In this document: positions 50,681 through 60,336 of the stretch, piece by piece
Layout of the letters: every line of letters starts with the position of its first letter
Numbering within the stretch: position 1 is the stretch's first letter
NCBI GenBank assembly: GCA_963793305.1
Contig: CAWBZV010000005.1
Coordinates: 352,001-416,000, forward strand
Reading direction: 5' to 3'
DNA from: an uncultured Gemmatimonadales bacterium
GTDB lineage: Bacteria > Gemmatimonadota > Gemmatimonadetes > Gemmatimonadales > Gemmatimonadaceae
DNA: 64,000 nt
Position numbers and translations under genes: made by a program
The notes under the pieces: generated by a model
Told to the model about the DNA's origin: nothing
Database searches by the model: none
What the model saw: only the letters and a program-made list of their open reading frames with translations

Positions 50681-51135
50681 TCCTGGCTCTCGCGGTAATC
50701 GGCTGTAACTCGAAGCCGATCCGCCTCGTGCGCGGCAGAAAGGAGGGCGTGCCGCCATCCATCCGCCCGAGCTCGCGCATATTCGCGGGCGGTATCGCGC
50801 CGCCAGCTGGCGCCCTTGGCAATCCGCAGCCCGAAAACGCGAAGACGGCCGCCGAGGGCGCGAAGCTCTTCACGAGCATGAACTGCGACGGCTGCCACGG
50901 CGGCGGCGGCGTCGGATTCGTCGGTCCGAGCCTCACCGCGCGCCGCTGGCGCTACGGTGGGAGCGATGGTGAGATCTTCACGTCGATCTTCTACGGGCGC
51001 TCACACGGCATGCCCGCGTTCGGCGGTGCGCTGCCGCCCGAGATGATCTGGAAGATCGTGACCTACATCAAATCCCTGCCGCCACCGACCGACCTTCCCA
51101 CCGAGTCATGGCAGGAGGTCGGCGGGGATCGGTGA
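50662..51135 (+). CDS. c-type cytochrome lipoprotein, partner of the PQQ dehydrogenase
   Basis: VIGC lipobox, CDGCH, GPSL...W.YGG, GMPAFG. Confidence 0.85.
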   Translation: MDLRALILALAVIGCNSKPIRLVRGRKEGVPPSIRPSSRIFAGGIAPPAGALGNPQPENAKTAAEGAKLFTSMNCDGCHGGGGVGFVGPSLTARRWRYGGSDGEIFTSIFYGRSHGMPAFGGALPPEMIWKIVTYIKSLPPPTDLPTESWQEVGGDR

Positions 51136-51645
51136 ATTCGGCCGCTCATCGTCCCACGACGCGGCTGTGATCCACCACCGGTTGCCGTCCCAGTAGAGAT
51201 CGATCGAGTTGACGCCGCGCGCGGTCACGGGTCCCGCGGCGACTCTCCGCGACTCGTACGTGCTCATGACGTGCGCGATGTTCCCGATGCGGGACATCGT
51301 GCGGTGAATCTCGTGCTCGTCGAATCCATTTTTCGCGAACCCGCCATCAGTCGCATCGACGTACTCCTGATGCGTGAGCACGCGCACCGTCGGTGTGCCG
51401 TCCTTGTTCACACTGGCCGCGAAGAATCGGATGCCCGGCCAGTAGAGCGTCCGATCCCGCCCCCATTGCCGGGGCTGTCCAGCGGGACCTGAGATGACAT
51501 CATAGTACGCGGCAACGATGCCATCGATCGTCGCGACATCCGCCGGCCGCGGCGTGAGCGTCGGAACAGCCACGTGCGAGGCTGGCGCTTGCGCGCTGGC
51601 GACCGTCGCCAGCGTCGCGGTCAGTACGAAAAGTGAGAGGCGCAT
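51106..51645 (-). CDS. Secreted NTF2/SnoaL-like hypothetical protein
   Basis: YDVISGPAG, GNIAHVMSTYE, RGVNSIDL...RWWI...WDDE. Confidence 0.7.
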   Translation of the reverse strand: MRLSLFVLTATLATVASAQAPASHVAVPTLTPRPADVATIDGIVAAYYDVISGPAGQPRQWGRDRTLYWPGIRFFAASVNKDGTPTVRVLTHQEYVDATDGGFAKNGFDEHEIHRTMSRIGNIAHVMSTYESRRVAAGPVTARGVNSIDLYWDGNRWWITAASWDDERPNSPIPADLLP

Positions 51646-51693
51646 GCCGGCTATATAGCGCGCCTCCCACCGCCACGCTACCCCGCGTCGGCG

Positions 51694-51975
51694 CTAACTC
51701 GCCGCGGCACACGTCACCTTGATCGACATCGTCGTATAGATCTGGAACGTGAGCAACGCGACGAGCCCGTTCCAGAACGATTCCCGCGTTTCGACGCGCG
51801 CGACGCCGTTCGGGCACTTCGACGCCGTCTCGACGGTAGCCGGTAGCGTGGCCCACTCTTTATTGATGACCGTGTCCGACGGCTTGGCGCCGGTCACGAT
51901 CGTGGCGTGATAGCAGGCGGCGCCAGCGAATACACTCAGGGTGAGGGCGACACAACGACGTGCGTGCGAATGCAC
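51694..51975 (-). CDS. Bor/Iss-like small lipoprotein
   Basis: AACYH, CPNGVARVET..SFWNGLV..LT..IYT. Confidence 0.7.
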   Translation of the reverse strand: MHSHARRCVALTLSVFAGAACYHATIVTGAKPSDTVINKEWATLPATVETASKCPNGVARVETRESFWNGLVALLTFQIYTTMSIKVTCAAAS

Positions 51976-51990
51976 AAGGGCTCTCGCGCC

Positions 51991-52623
51991 CTACGGCGCG
52001 GCGTCGAGCCGCTTGTGCATCTCGGTGAGCGCCGAATCTACCTGGGGCAACGCGCCCGAGACGAAATCGCTGGTGAACGAACAGCACCAGCTGGAGCACC
52101 GCGTGTTGATGAGGAAGATATGCGTTCCCTCAACGTCGAAGCTCAGGAATCTGGCCGTCGCCACGTGCGACGTTCCGTGCTTCCTGAGGAGCAGCGGCCG
52201 AACGTACCGTCTGCTCAGCGAATCCTCGGGGATCATGACGCCCCGCGCATTCTCTCCCGACCCGGACACCCAGAAATAGGTCGTACCAGCGGACGCGCCC
52301 AATGGCCCAAATGGGGCGCTGCTCTGTATACGTGCGATGATGCGGCCAGCCTCGACCGCGGAATCGGTGAGCGTAGCCGCGCCGACCTCTGGAGCGGCCG
52401 TGAGGTGGATCGTGTCCCCGGCCGGCGTGTGGACCGTAATCGTGTCCGCGCCCGGCGCAGCCGAATCGAACTGCAAGGTCTTGGCATACGCGATCACATC
52501 GCTATTCGAGACACTCGCGATCGGCTTCCCGGCGAACGGGGGCGCGGGCGTCGGCCGCGGTTCCTTGGTGCAGGCAACGGCGACGAGACAGGGCACGACC
52601 AGCGGCAGGACGCGGCGGAACAT
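51991..52623 (-). CDS. Hypothetical lipoprotein
   Basis: MFRRVLPLVVPCLVAVAC lipobox; RCSSWCCSF motif. Confidence 0.55.
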   Translation of the reverse strand: MFRRVLPLVVPCLVAVACTKEPRPTPAPPFAGKPIASVSNSDVIAYAKTLQFDSAAPGADTITVHTPAGDTIHLTAAPEVGAATLTDSAVEAGRIIARIQSSAPFGPLGASAGTTYFWVSGSGENARGVMIPEDSLSRRYVRPLLLRKHGTSHVATARFLSFDVEGTHIFLINTRCSSWCCSFTSDFVSGALPQVDSALTEMHKRLDAAP

Positions 52624-52663
52624 GGGAACTCCGTCGAGAGGATTTGGGAATGTCGCTCGATTG

Positions 52664-55444
52664 CTACGGCTGCGCGAGGGCGCGCGCTCGTGTAACAATC
52701 GGTTGTAGCTCGGGATCAGCGCCGCCCCAGAGGGCGACCACAGCCTGGGCCCAGCGACTCGCGGTACGCGCATCGCCAGTATGATGCGCCAGATCTGCTC
52801 TCAGCGCCATCATCCGCACAAACGGCGCCGCTTCGGAGGCGTCCTCCGTGAGCCGCAAGCCGAACCGGGGGATGGCGTCCAAGCCCTGGAAGTCGATCTC
52901 GCCAATGGCGCTCGCGGTGTCACCTGCGGCGAGGGCCAATCGGGCATCCACGAACAGCCCGGCCGGGTCGGCGTCGCCGGGCATGACGAGCCGCATCTGC
53001 TCTTTCAACTCGGCGATGTACGTCCGCTCCGGCGAGAGATCCCCATGCGTAAAGGACCACTGGCGAGCCATCTGCGAGTTTGCTCCACCGTCCGGACGGT
53101 GGTCGACCGACACCCCCATCTCGTCGTAGGCGAGCGTGGCCGGCCAGTCCATCAGCGCGCGACGCACTTCCTGCCTATGAGCCGTATCGACCCACGCACG
53201 AATGGCCCGCACGGTGCGCTCGGCGCTGACGCGCATGCTGTCGACCGGTGCCCCGCAGGCGGCATAGCCGAGATACGCGAGCGCCTCCGACGCCGGCATG
53301 ATGGGTGCGAGCGCGCGAGCTTTCGGCGGAGGGAGCGAGATCGTGTCGTATGCCGCGGTCATGCGCAGGGCGGCGACCGTCCGGCCCACGTGACCCGTCA
53401 GCGCCGCCGCTGTCGCGACCAACCCCGCTTCTTCGGCGGTTGGCAGAGTCCATGACGACAGAATCGAGTCCGCAATGGCTCGGGCGGAGACGAAGCGCTC
53501 GACCTCGATATCGAGCCGCGCCTCATCCAGCATCGCGGTCAGGCGCTGCAACGGCCGCTCCGACAGCGCGCGAGCGCGCCGTGCTTCGTCGAGCGCATTC
53601 GTATCGCCCGCGGCCCGTGACGAGATCGCGCCGGCGGCCTCGAGCGCACGCGCCAGTTGCAGATGGGCGGCGCCACTTCCCGGAGCCGAATGTACCCACG
53701 CGACTGCGACCGTTCTCAGCAGGGCGATGTTGCGCGCGATCGCCTCATTCTGTGTCGCTGGCCGCACCGAAATCCGACCTTGCCGTATTTCCTCGAAGAG
53801 TCGTGGCACGAATACCAACGTGTCGTGGCCCAGCTCCGGGAAGGCCGCAAAGTACGTCGTGTCGCCATTGGCAACGGCGAAACCCAGGCGGATCATGTTT
53901 GGCTGTGTCCAGAGCAACCGTGACAGTCGCTCGGAGCCAAGATTGATGAACGCTTCCTGGAACTCCGGCAGAATCTGCAGCGCCTTCGTGTATGCGTTCA
54001 CGGCCGAGTGCATGCTCGACCGGAACCGCCAACCGGTGGGACTGGATGGGTCGCGGACGACGAGCCGGTCCTGGCTGCGGCACTCGCCAAGACCGAACCA
54101 GGCGATGAAATCTTGCGAGTCCGCCTTGACCATCTCGCCGTACCGATCGCACGCCTCGGCGTACCGGCCGTCCGTGAGGGCCGACAGCGCTTGGATCGAC
54201 TGCTGGTCGTGCGGTCCGAGCCGATCGCGGAGTCCCATCGCCCGATCGACGATGGCCTTCAAGGTGGTCGGAGCCGCCGAGTGGCTGGGGTTCTGCCACT
54301 CCATGGTCTGCGCCAGCCACAGCTGCGCTTGCGCGAACTGCGGGTCCGCTTGTACTGCCGCACCGAACTGTTGCGACGCGCCATTGAGATCCCACGCCGC
54401 GAGGGCGCGATGCGCGGCGACGTACGTGTCGTGCGCCCGCGGCGACCGTGTCTCGGCGGCCTCGGCGTCGGAGACGAAAGGCAGGAGATGTCGCGCATTG
54501 CCGGCGGGGCCGCGCCGAAGCGCCAGGAGCGCGACGAGCGCCAGGCCGGCGGTGCCGACCGACGTGAGCCACGGGTGGCGACGAATGCGAACGCCGACGG
54601 ACGAACGGCGCGGCATCGGTGGTGGTTCGCCCTCCAGCGACCGGATGAACGCGCTCGCGTTCGGGAAGCGATCTCCGGGCGCGAGGCGGAGCGCACACAG
54701 GATGGTCCGCTCGAGCGCAGCCGGCACGTCGCGCCGTCTGCGCCGCAGAGGCTCCGGCGGCGTCAAGAACCGGTCGAACGCCAGGCCACTCAGTCCCCGT
54801 GGCGACACGGGCGGCTCGCCGACCAGCGCCTCGTAGAGCACGCAGGCAAGCGAGTACAGATCGCTGCGGGCGTCTGCCGGGTCGCCGCACGCCTGCTCGG
54901 GACTCATGTAGGCTGGCGTGCCAAGGCCGACGCCCGTCGCGGTCAGCGCGGGATCGCCGATCGGTGTCTCGGCTCGCGCGATACCAAAGTCGGCGAGCAG
55001 CGCATGGCCGTCGGCGATCAGCACGTTCTCGGGCTTGATGTCCCGGTGCACGTATCCGCGGGCGTGGGCGAACGCGAGGGCGTCCGCCATCTCTCGCGCG
55101 AGCCGTGCGACATCGGCAACCGGCAGCATCTTCTCGGTCAAGAGGCGCGTCCGCAGGGAGCCGCCCGCGACGTAGGGCATGACGAAGAACAGCGTGCCGT
55201 CGTGCTCGCCCGAGTCGTACAGCGGCAGAATGTGCGGATGCGCGAGCTGCGCGAGCGTGACGATCTCGCGCAGGAATCGCCTGACGGCCACCGGGTCCGG
55301 ATAGGGGCCGACGAGGAACTTGAGCGCTACATCACGGCCGTGCTTCTCGTCGTGCGCCAGGTAGACGGCCGCCATCCCGCCGCGTCCGATCTGCCGCTCA
55401 ATGCGATAGCGGTCCCCTACTACCGAATAGTCTGCGGGCAACAT
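52664..55444 (-). CDS. Hanks-type Ser/Thr kinase with a TM helix and TPR-like C-terminal domain
   Basis: GRGGMAAVY, VALK, HRDIKPEN, DFG, GTPAYMSPEQ. Confidence 0.92.
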   Translation of the reverse strand: MLPADYSVVGDRYRIERQIGRGGMAAVYLAHDEKHGRDVALKFLVGPYPDPVAVRRFLREIVTLAQLAHPHILPLYDSGEHDGTLFFVMPYVAGGSLRTRLLTEKMLPVADVARLAREMADALAFAHARGYVHRDIKPENVLIADGHALLADFGIARAETPIGDPALTATGVGLGTPAYMSPEQACGDPADARSDLYSLACVLYEALVGEPPVSPRGLSGLAFDRFLTPPEPLRRRRRDVPAALERTILCALRLAPGDRFPNASAFIRSLEGEPPPMPRRSSVGVRIRRHPWLTSVGTAGLALVALLALRRGPAGNARHLLPFVSDAEAAETRSPRAHDTYVAAHRALAAWDLNGASQQFGAAVQADPQFAQAQLWLAQTMEWQNPSHSAAPTTLKAIVDRAMGLRDRLGPHDQQSIQALSALTDGRYAEACDRYGEMVKADSQDFIAWFGLGECRSQDRLVVRDPSSPTGWRFRSSMHSAVNAYTKALQILPEFQEAFINLGSERLSRLLWTQPNMIRLGFAVANGDTTYFAAFPELGHDTLVFVPRLFEEIRQGRISVRPATQNEAIARNIALLRTVAVAWVHSAPGSGAAHLQLARALEAAGAISSRAAGDTNALDEARRARALSERPLQRLTAMLDEARLDIEVERFVSARAIADSILSSWTLPTAEEAGLVATAAALTGHVGRTVAALRMTAAYDTISLPPPKARALAPIMPASEALAYLGYAACGAPVDSMRVSAERTVRAIRAWVDTAHRQEVRRALMDWPATLAYDEMGVSVDHRPDGGANSQMARQWSFTHGDLSPERTYIAELKEQMRLVMPGDADPAGLFVDARLALAAGDTASAIGEIDFQGLDAIPRFGLRLTEDASEAAPFVRMMALRADLAHHTGDARTASRWAQAVVALWGGADPELQPIVTRARALAQP

Positions 55445-55468
55445 CGACGATATGATGCATCCGGGTCC

Positions 55469-55933
55469 TCACCTAGCGACCTCAGCCGGTTTATAGGCCC
55501 CAGGAACGAGGCGAGCGGCGATCGCCAGCCGGTTCCAGGCATTTATTGCCGCCACCGCGAGGGTCAGATCCGCGAGCTCCTTCTCGCCGAACTGCCGACG
55601 AACCTCCTCGTAGACGCTGTCGCTCGCGTGTCCGTTGGCGATGAAGGTCACCGCCTCGACCCAGGCCAATGCCGCGCGCTCGCGATCCGTATAGTACGGC
55701 GCCTCGCGCCACGCATCGAGACCGTACAGCCGCTGCTCGGTCTCATCGATCGCGCGGAGGTCCTTCCAGTGCATGTCGATGCAAAACGCGCAGCCATTGA
55801 GCTGCGACGCGCGCAGTTGCACGAGCAACAACAGCGATCGCTCCAATCCGCTCGTGCCGAGGTAGGTGTCGAGCGGATCCATGGCGTCGTAGACGCCCGG
55901 CGCGACTTTGGGATAGCTGAATCGAGCTTTCAT
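55469..55933 (-). CDS. Carboxymuconolactone decarboxylase/AhpD-family protein
   Basis: RASQLNGCAFCIDMH, INAWNRLAI. Confidence 0.9.
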   Translation of the reverse strand: MKARFSYPKVAPGVYDAMDPLDTYLGTSGLERSLLLLVQLRASQLNGCAFCIDMHWKDLRAIDETEQRLYGLDAWREAPYYTDRERAALAWVEAVTFIANGHASDSVYEEVRRQFGEKELADLTLAVAAINAWNRLAIAARLVPGAYKPAEVAR

Positions 55934-56313
55934 GATTGGTTCTCCGCGAGTAAGAGCGCTGCTGCCGAAGCCGAAAACACCGAGTAGTCGAGCGGCGACC
56001 ATGGGCCGAACGAGATCGCCATCGCCGTGCCGAAGATCGCGAGGAGCGCGGCGCTGCCGAGCGCGACCCATCGCTTCCACACGCCGGCGACGAGGAGCGC
56101 GCCGAGGACGAGCTCGGCCACCGTCGCTGCTCCCGCCAAGAACGGGATGCTCCACGCGGGCATGAACGCGTTCACTTGGCCCGTGTACTTGACGAAGTTG
56201 GCATAGTTGCCATAGCCAACGTCCTTGCCGTACAGCCCGAAGCGCTCCGCGATTCCATTCAAGAACGCCAGGCCGAGCGCGATGCGAGCGTAGATCAGCG
56301 CGGCTTTTCGCAT
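55930..56313 (-). CDS. DoxX-like membrane protein
   Basis: RIALGLAFL...ATVAELVLG...PLDYSVFSASA. Confidence 0.75.
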   Translation of the reverse strand: MRKAALIYARIALGLAFLNGIAERFGLYGKDVGYGNYANFVKYTGQVNAFMPAWSIPFLAGAATVAELVLGALLVAGVWKRWVALGSAALLAIFGTAMAISFGPWSPLDYSVFSASAAALLLAENQS

Positions 56314-56594
56314 ATGAAAATCGCGAGAAAGGTGGTCGGCTGAGTCGTGCTCGCGTTCGCCGAGACCCGGTGCTCGACGCCCTTCGCTTCGTAGAACATC
56401 TGTCCCGCCACGTACGTGCTCTCCGGCTGGTCGGCGACCTGACTCCGGTACGCCCCTTTGAGCACATAGGCGATCACCGGACATTCATGATGGTGGGCCG
56501 GGGAGCTCCCGCCGGGGCCATACGTCACTTCCTGCACCTTCACGATCGCGTGGGGCAGCACGATCGGCGCGAGGAGCATGATGAGATATCGCAT
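56295..56594 (-). CDS. Cupin-domain protein
   Basis: PGGSSPAHHH..PVIAYVL.G, FYE..GVEH.VSANAS. Confidence 0.82.
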   Translation of the reverse strand: MRYLIMLLAPIVLPHAIVKVQEVTYGPGGSSPAHHHECPVIAYVLKGAYRSQVADQPESTYVAGQMFYEAKGVEHRVSANASTTQPTTFLAIFICEKPR

Positions 56595-56662
56595 GAGCGT
56601 GAACCTAGGCTGAATACGGCCTAGTGCATAGAGCCATATTCGTTATTTTGACTGGACCATTT

Positions 56663-58129
56663 ATGCCGAAACGATCCACGACTTTGGCGCTCGTTCTTCC
56701 GCCTCGTTCGCCCAATGCGCCCGCCACTCAATGGCTCTACGGCGCCATTCGGGCCGAGATCCTCGAGGGTCGTCTTCGTCCGGGAGCCCGTCTCCCAGCC
56801 TCACGCGACCTCGCGCGCCAATACGGTCTCTCGCGCGGCACGATCGTCAGCGCGTTCGCGCAGCTGTCGTCGGAGGGATATGTCGAGGGAACCATCGGGT
56901 CCGGCACACGGGTAAGCGAGGTTCTGCCCGACGACCTGCTGCACACGGGCCCGAGCGAGCCGGTGCAAAAGGCGCGGCCGCGTCGGGTGCTCTCGTCGTA
57001 TGGCCAACGGGTCGGACTCTTCCCCGCGTATCGCACGCGCCCTATCCGCGCATTCCGCGCCGACCAACCGGCGCTCGACCTGTTCCCCACGACGCTGTGG
57101 GCCCAGCTCGCCGCGCGCCGGTTGCGCCGGGCTACCACGAGTCTGCTCCTCGGCACGAGTCCGATGGGCTATGGCCCCTTACGGGAGGCCGTCGCCGACT
57201 ATGTTCGCACCGCGCGCGGCGTCCAGTGCACGGCCGACCAGATCGCGATCGTCTCCGGCGTGCAGGAGGCGCTCGATCTCGTCACGCGATTGTTCGTCGA
57301 CCCGCTCGACCGTGTGTGCATGGAGGACCCGGGTTACCCGGGCGCCGCACTCGCGTTTGTAGCCCGCGGAGCTCGAGTCCTCGGCCTCTCGGTCGACGAC
57401 GAGGGGATGACGATTCCGCGCGGCGACGCTCGCCTGGTGTACGTGACTCCTGGTCACCAGTTTCCGCTCGGCATCAGCATGAGCTTGCGACGGCGCTTGG
57501 CCCTGCTCGAGTGGGCAAGTGGATCCGGCGCGATGATCCTCGAGGATGACTACGACAGCGAGTATCGCTACTCGGGTCGACCCGTGCCGGCCCTGCAGGG
57601 ACTCGACCGCCGCGGTATCGTGCTGTTCGCCGGGAGCTTCAGCAAGGTTCTCTTCCCGTCGCTTCGCCTCGGCTACCTGGTGGTGCCGTCGGATCTCGTC
57701 GACGTCGTCACCGCCACGTTGTCGATCACGAGCCGCCATGCTCCGCTCATCGACCAAGCGATTCTCGCGGATTTCCTCGTCGAGGGACATTTCGCGCGGC
57801 ATGTCCGGCGCATGCGCGAGATCTACGCCGAGCGCCTTGCCGTTCTCATGGAGTCCGCGCAGGCGCACTTGGCTGGCCTGCTCACGATCTCGGGTCTGGA
57901 GGCCGGCCTGCAAACGGCTGCTTGGGTCGCCGATGGCATAGACGCGCAGGCCGCGGCGCGGGCCGCGGCCGTGCGCGATGTAGAAGTTACGCCGCTAGCC
58001 TGGTATACTCGCGGCCGACGCCCACGTGTCATCCGTCAGGGTCTCCACTTGGGCTTCGCCGCTGTCGACGTCCCGGAAATCCGCCGCGGTGTCCGCGATC
58101 TCGCTCGTGCGCTCGAATCTCTCTCCTGA
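56663..58129 (+). CDS. MocR/GabR-family regulator (GntR HTH plus PLP aminotransferase domain)
   Basis: LRPGARLPASRDLA, TPGHQFPLG, EDDYDSEY, GSFSKVLFPSLRLGY. Confidence 0.93.
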   Translation: MPKRSTTLALVLPPRSPNAPATQWLYGAIRAEILEGRLRPGARLPASRDLARQYGLSRGTIVSAFAQLSSEGYVEGTIGSGTRVSEVLPDDLLHTGPSEPVQKARPRRVLSSYGQRVGLFPAYRTRPIRAFRADQPALDLFPTTLWAQLAARRLRRATTSLLLGTSPMGYGPLREAVADYVRTARGVQCTADQIAIVSGVQEALDLVTRLFVDPLDRVCMEDPGYPGAALAFVARGARVLGLSVDDEGMTIPRGDARLVYVTPGHQFPLGISMSLRRRLALLEWASGSGAMILEDDYDSEYRYSGRPVPALQGLDRRGIVLFAGSFSKVLFPSLRLGYLVVPSDLVDVVTATLSITSRHAPLIDQAILADFLVEGHFARHVRRMREIYAERLAVLMESAQAHLAGLLTISGLEAGLQTAAWVADGIDAQAAARAAAVRDVEVTPLAWYTRGRRPRVIRQGLHLGFAAVDVPEIRRGVRDLARALESLS

Positions 58130-58140
58130 GGAACACTAGG

Positions 58141-58563
58141 ATGTGGCGACTCTTGCTGCTGGTTCTCGTCGTAAGCCGCGCCTCGGCCCAGTCGGTCCGC
58201 TACGTGCCGGCGGGACCGAACCTGCCGTTCTCATCGGCCGTTGTTGTCGACAAGATGATCTATGTCGCGGGTCAGATCGGGAGTGACCCTGCCACCGGCG
58301 CGCTCGTTCCAGGCGGCATCAAGGCCGAGACCGCCCAGGCGCTCAAGAACATCGACGCGGTTTTGCACGGCCTCGGCTCATCGCTCGATCATGTCGTCAA
58401 GTGCACGGCGATGCTCGCGGACATTCAGGAGTGGCCGGCGATGAACGAGGCGTACGTGCCGTTCTTCCCGCACCACCTGCCAGCCCGCAGCGCGTTCGCG
58501 GCCGCCGGCCTCGTGCGCGGCGCGCGGGTCGAGATCGAGTGTACCGCTACCGTGTCGAAGTAG
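58141..58563 (+). CDS. RidA/YjgF-family protein with an N-terminal signal peptide
   Basis: MWRLLLLVLVVSRASAQ; PFS.AV...YVAGQIG...PARSA...VEIEC. Confidence 0.85.
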   Translation: MWRLLLLVLVVSRASAQSVRYVPAGPNLPFSSAVVVDKMIYVAGQIGSDPATGALVPGGIKAETAQALKNIDAVLHGLGSSLDHVVKCTAMLADIQEWPAMNEAYVPFFPHHLPARSAFAAAGLVRGARVEIECTATVSK

Positions 58564-58782
58564 AACCAGTCACCGTAAACCCAACGGCCGCCGATCGACT
58601 ACTCCGTCCGCGCCCGTCGGACGCCGTGACGGTCCATCGATAGGTCACGCCGCGCGTCAGCGCGAGCGTGGACACATCGATCGTGGTGTCCCCGAGCGTG
58701 GCGGCCGAGGCGACGGGGACACCATCGGGCCGCGCGACCTCGATCGTGTAGCGCACCGCGCCACGCACCGAGTGCCACGCTT
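58547..58782 (-). pseudogene. 3' remnant of a gene ending in an FnIII-like domain
   Basis: WHSVRGAVRYTIEV...DTT...GVTYRWTVTA; an upstream in-frame stop and no N-terminal part. Confidence 0.45.
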
Positions 58783-58823
58783 GACAGAGTGCGCGGCCAT
58801 CGCTTATTTAACCAAATAGTTAT
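58781..58823 (+). promoter_or_regulatory. Promoter/operator of the ArsR-SRPBCC operon
   Basis: TTGACA at 58781, AT-rich -10 region and a TAAC-N6-GTTA inverted repeat just before the ATG. Confidence 0.5.
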
Positions 58824-59168
58824 ATGCCACCCACCAGCAATGCGTTGAGCGCGACGTTCTCGGCCCTCGCCGATCCGACTCGCCGCGCGATTTTATCTCG
58901 CTTAGCCACGGGTGAGGCGTCCGTGACCGAGCTCGCCCAGCCATTCGCGATGAGCATGCCCGCGATCTCGAAGCACTTGAAGGTGCTCGAGCACGCCGGC
59001 CTCATCGCCCGGGGCCGTGACGCCCAGTGGCGGCCGTGCCGCTTGGAGGCGGGGCCACTGCGTGGCATCGCCGACTGGGTCGAGCCGTACCGTCGTCTCT
59101 GGGAAGGCCGTTTCGACCGGCTCGAAGCCTACCTGCGGGTGGCCAAGCGCAAACGGAGATCTCGTTGA
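58824..59168 (+). CDS. ArsR/SmtB-family regulator
   Basis: FSALADPTRRAIL...SKHLKVLE.AGLI.RGRDAQWRPC. Confidence 0.92.
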   Translation: MPPTSNALSATFSALADPTRRAILSRLATGEASVTELAQPFAMSMPAISKHLKVLEHAGLIARGRDAQWRPCRLEAGPLRGIADWVEPYRRLWEGRFDRLEAYLRVAKRKRRSR

Positions 59169-59593
59169 ACGACCGCGAGCTGATCATCACTCGCGTGTTC
59201 GACGCGCCGCGCGATCTCGTGTTCAAAGCCTGGACGGAGCCCGAGCGCTTGGCGAAGTGGTGGGGCCCGGAAGGATTTGCGTTACCGTTTCTCGAGCTCG
59301 ACATGCGGCCGGGCGGCACATGGCGGGCGTGCATGCGTGGGCCCGACGGCGCCAACTACTGGCAACACGGTGTCTGTCGAGAGCTCGTGCCGCCCGAGCG
59401 ACTGGCCTACACGCTCATCTGGGACTCGGATCCCGAGCACGAGATGCTCGTCACCGTCGTCTTCGCCGAGCGCGGGCGGAAGACCGAGATGACGTTCAGT
59501 CAGCGCCTGTTCAAGTCCGTCGAGTCGCGCGACTCGCACCGCGACGGTTGGTCGTCCTCGCTCAACCGTCTCGACGCCTATCTCGCATCATGA
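59165..59593 (+). CDS. SRPBCC/AHSA1-domain protein
   Basis: RELIITRVFDAPRDLVFKAWT...WWGP...GW.SSL.RL. Confidence 0.88.
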   Translation: MNDRELIITRVFDAPRDLVFKAWTEPERLAKWWGPEGFALPFLELDMRPGGTWRACMRGPDGANYWQHGVCRELVPPERLAYTLIWDSDPEHEMLVTVVFAERGRKTEMTFSQRLFKSVESRDSHRDGWSSSLNRLDAYLAS

Positions 59594-60336
59594 CGCACGC
59601 GTTCTACGCCCAACCGGGCCCGATGACGTCCACTGGTGCCCACGATCTCAGTCGTGCGCCAAAGCATCCCGCGGACATCGCGCGCATGATCCAGGGCCTG
59701 GTCATTCACGAGTTCATGGCTCCGGCGTATGGCGTAACCGTGTCGGCAGAGCGTGTCAACGAAAGCCACATCCGTCATGTCGCCGAGATGCTGGACGGCA
59801 TATTCGCGCTGGACCCTTCGCCGCTCACCGTCGCGCGCCCGCCGGAAAAACGGCTCGTCGGCGTGTGCCATCATTTTTCGTTGCTGTTCGTCGCGATGAT
59901 GCGCGAGCACGGCATGCCGGTCCACTGGACGTCCCGCGTGACCGATTCATCGTCGCCGGCGACGCCTGGCAGCAATGTCGCTCGGGCAGGGCGGACCCCG
60001 CGCACTTCGGGATCTTCTGCGGCAACCTGCGCGGTCTCTGGTTCGTCGCTGGCGGAGATGATCCGCGACATGTCGGCGCTCAACGCGATCGAGTTGCTCC
60101 CCTGGGACGTCTGGGGCGCCATGCCCCCACCGGGCGAGCCGCTCGACGCACGACTCCCGTATTTCGATCAGCTGGCGGCGCTCACGCTATCCGATTCGCT
60201 CGCCGACGTGCGCTCGCGATTCGAGGCCGATGCCGGACTCCGCGTCCCGCCAACGGTGTTCAACGCCGTGCGGAACCGCCCGGAGGCCATTACTGGATCT
60301 TGGCGACCCCAGAGCCAGGGGTCGGGTAGCGCGTAA
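59590..60336 (+). pseudogene. Transglutaminase-like protein with an internal deletion near 59921 and a frameshift near 60054
   Basis: RLVGVCHHFSLL...HGMP jumps out of frame to PLDVPRDRFIVAGDAW..CR.G; LLPWDVWG then returns to the first frame. Confidence 0.6.
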
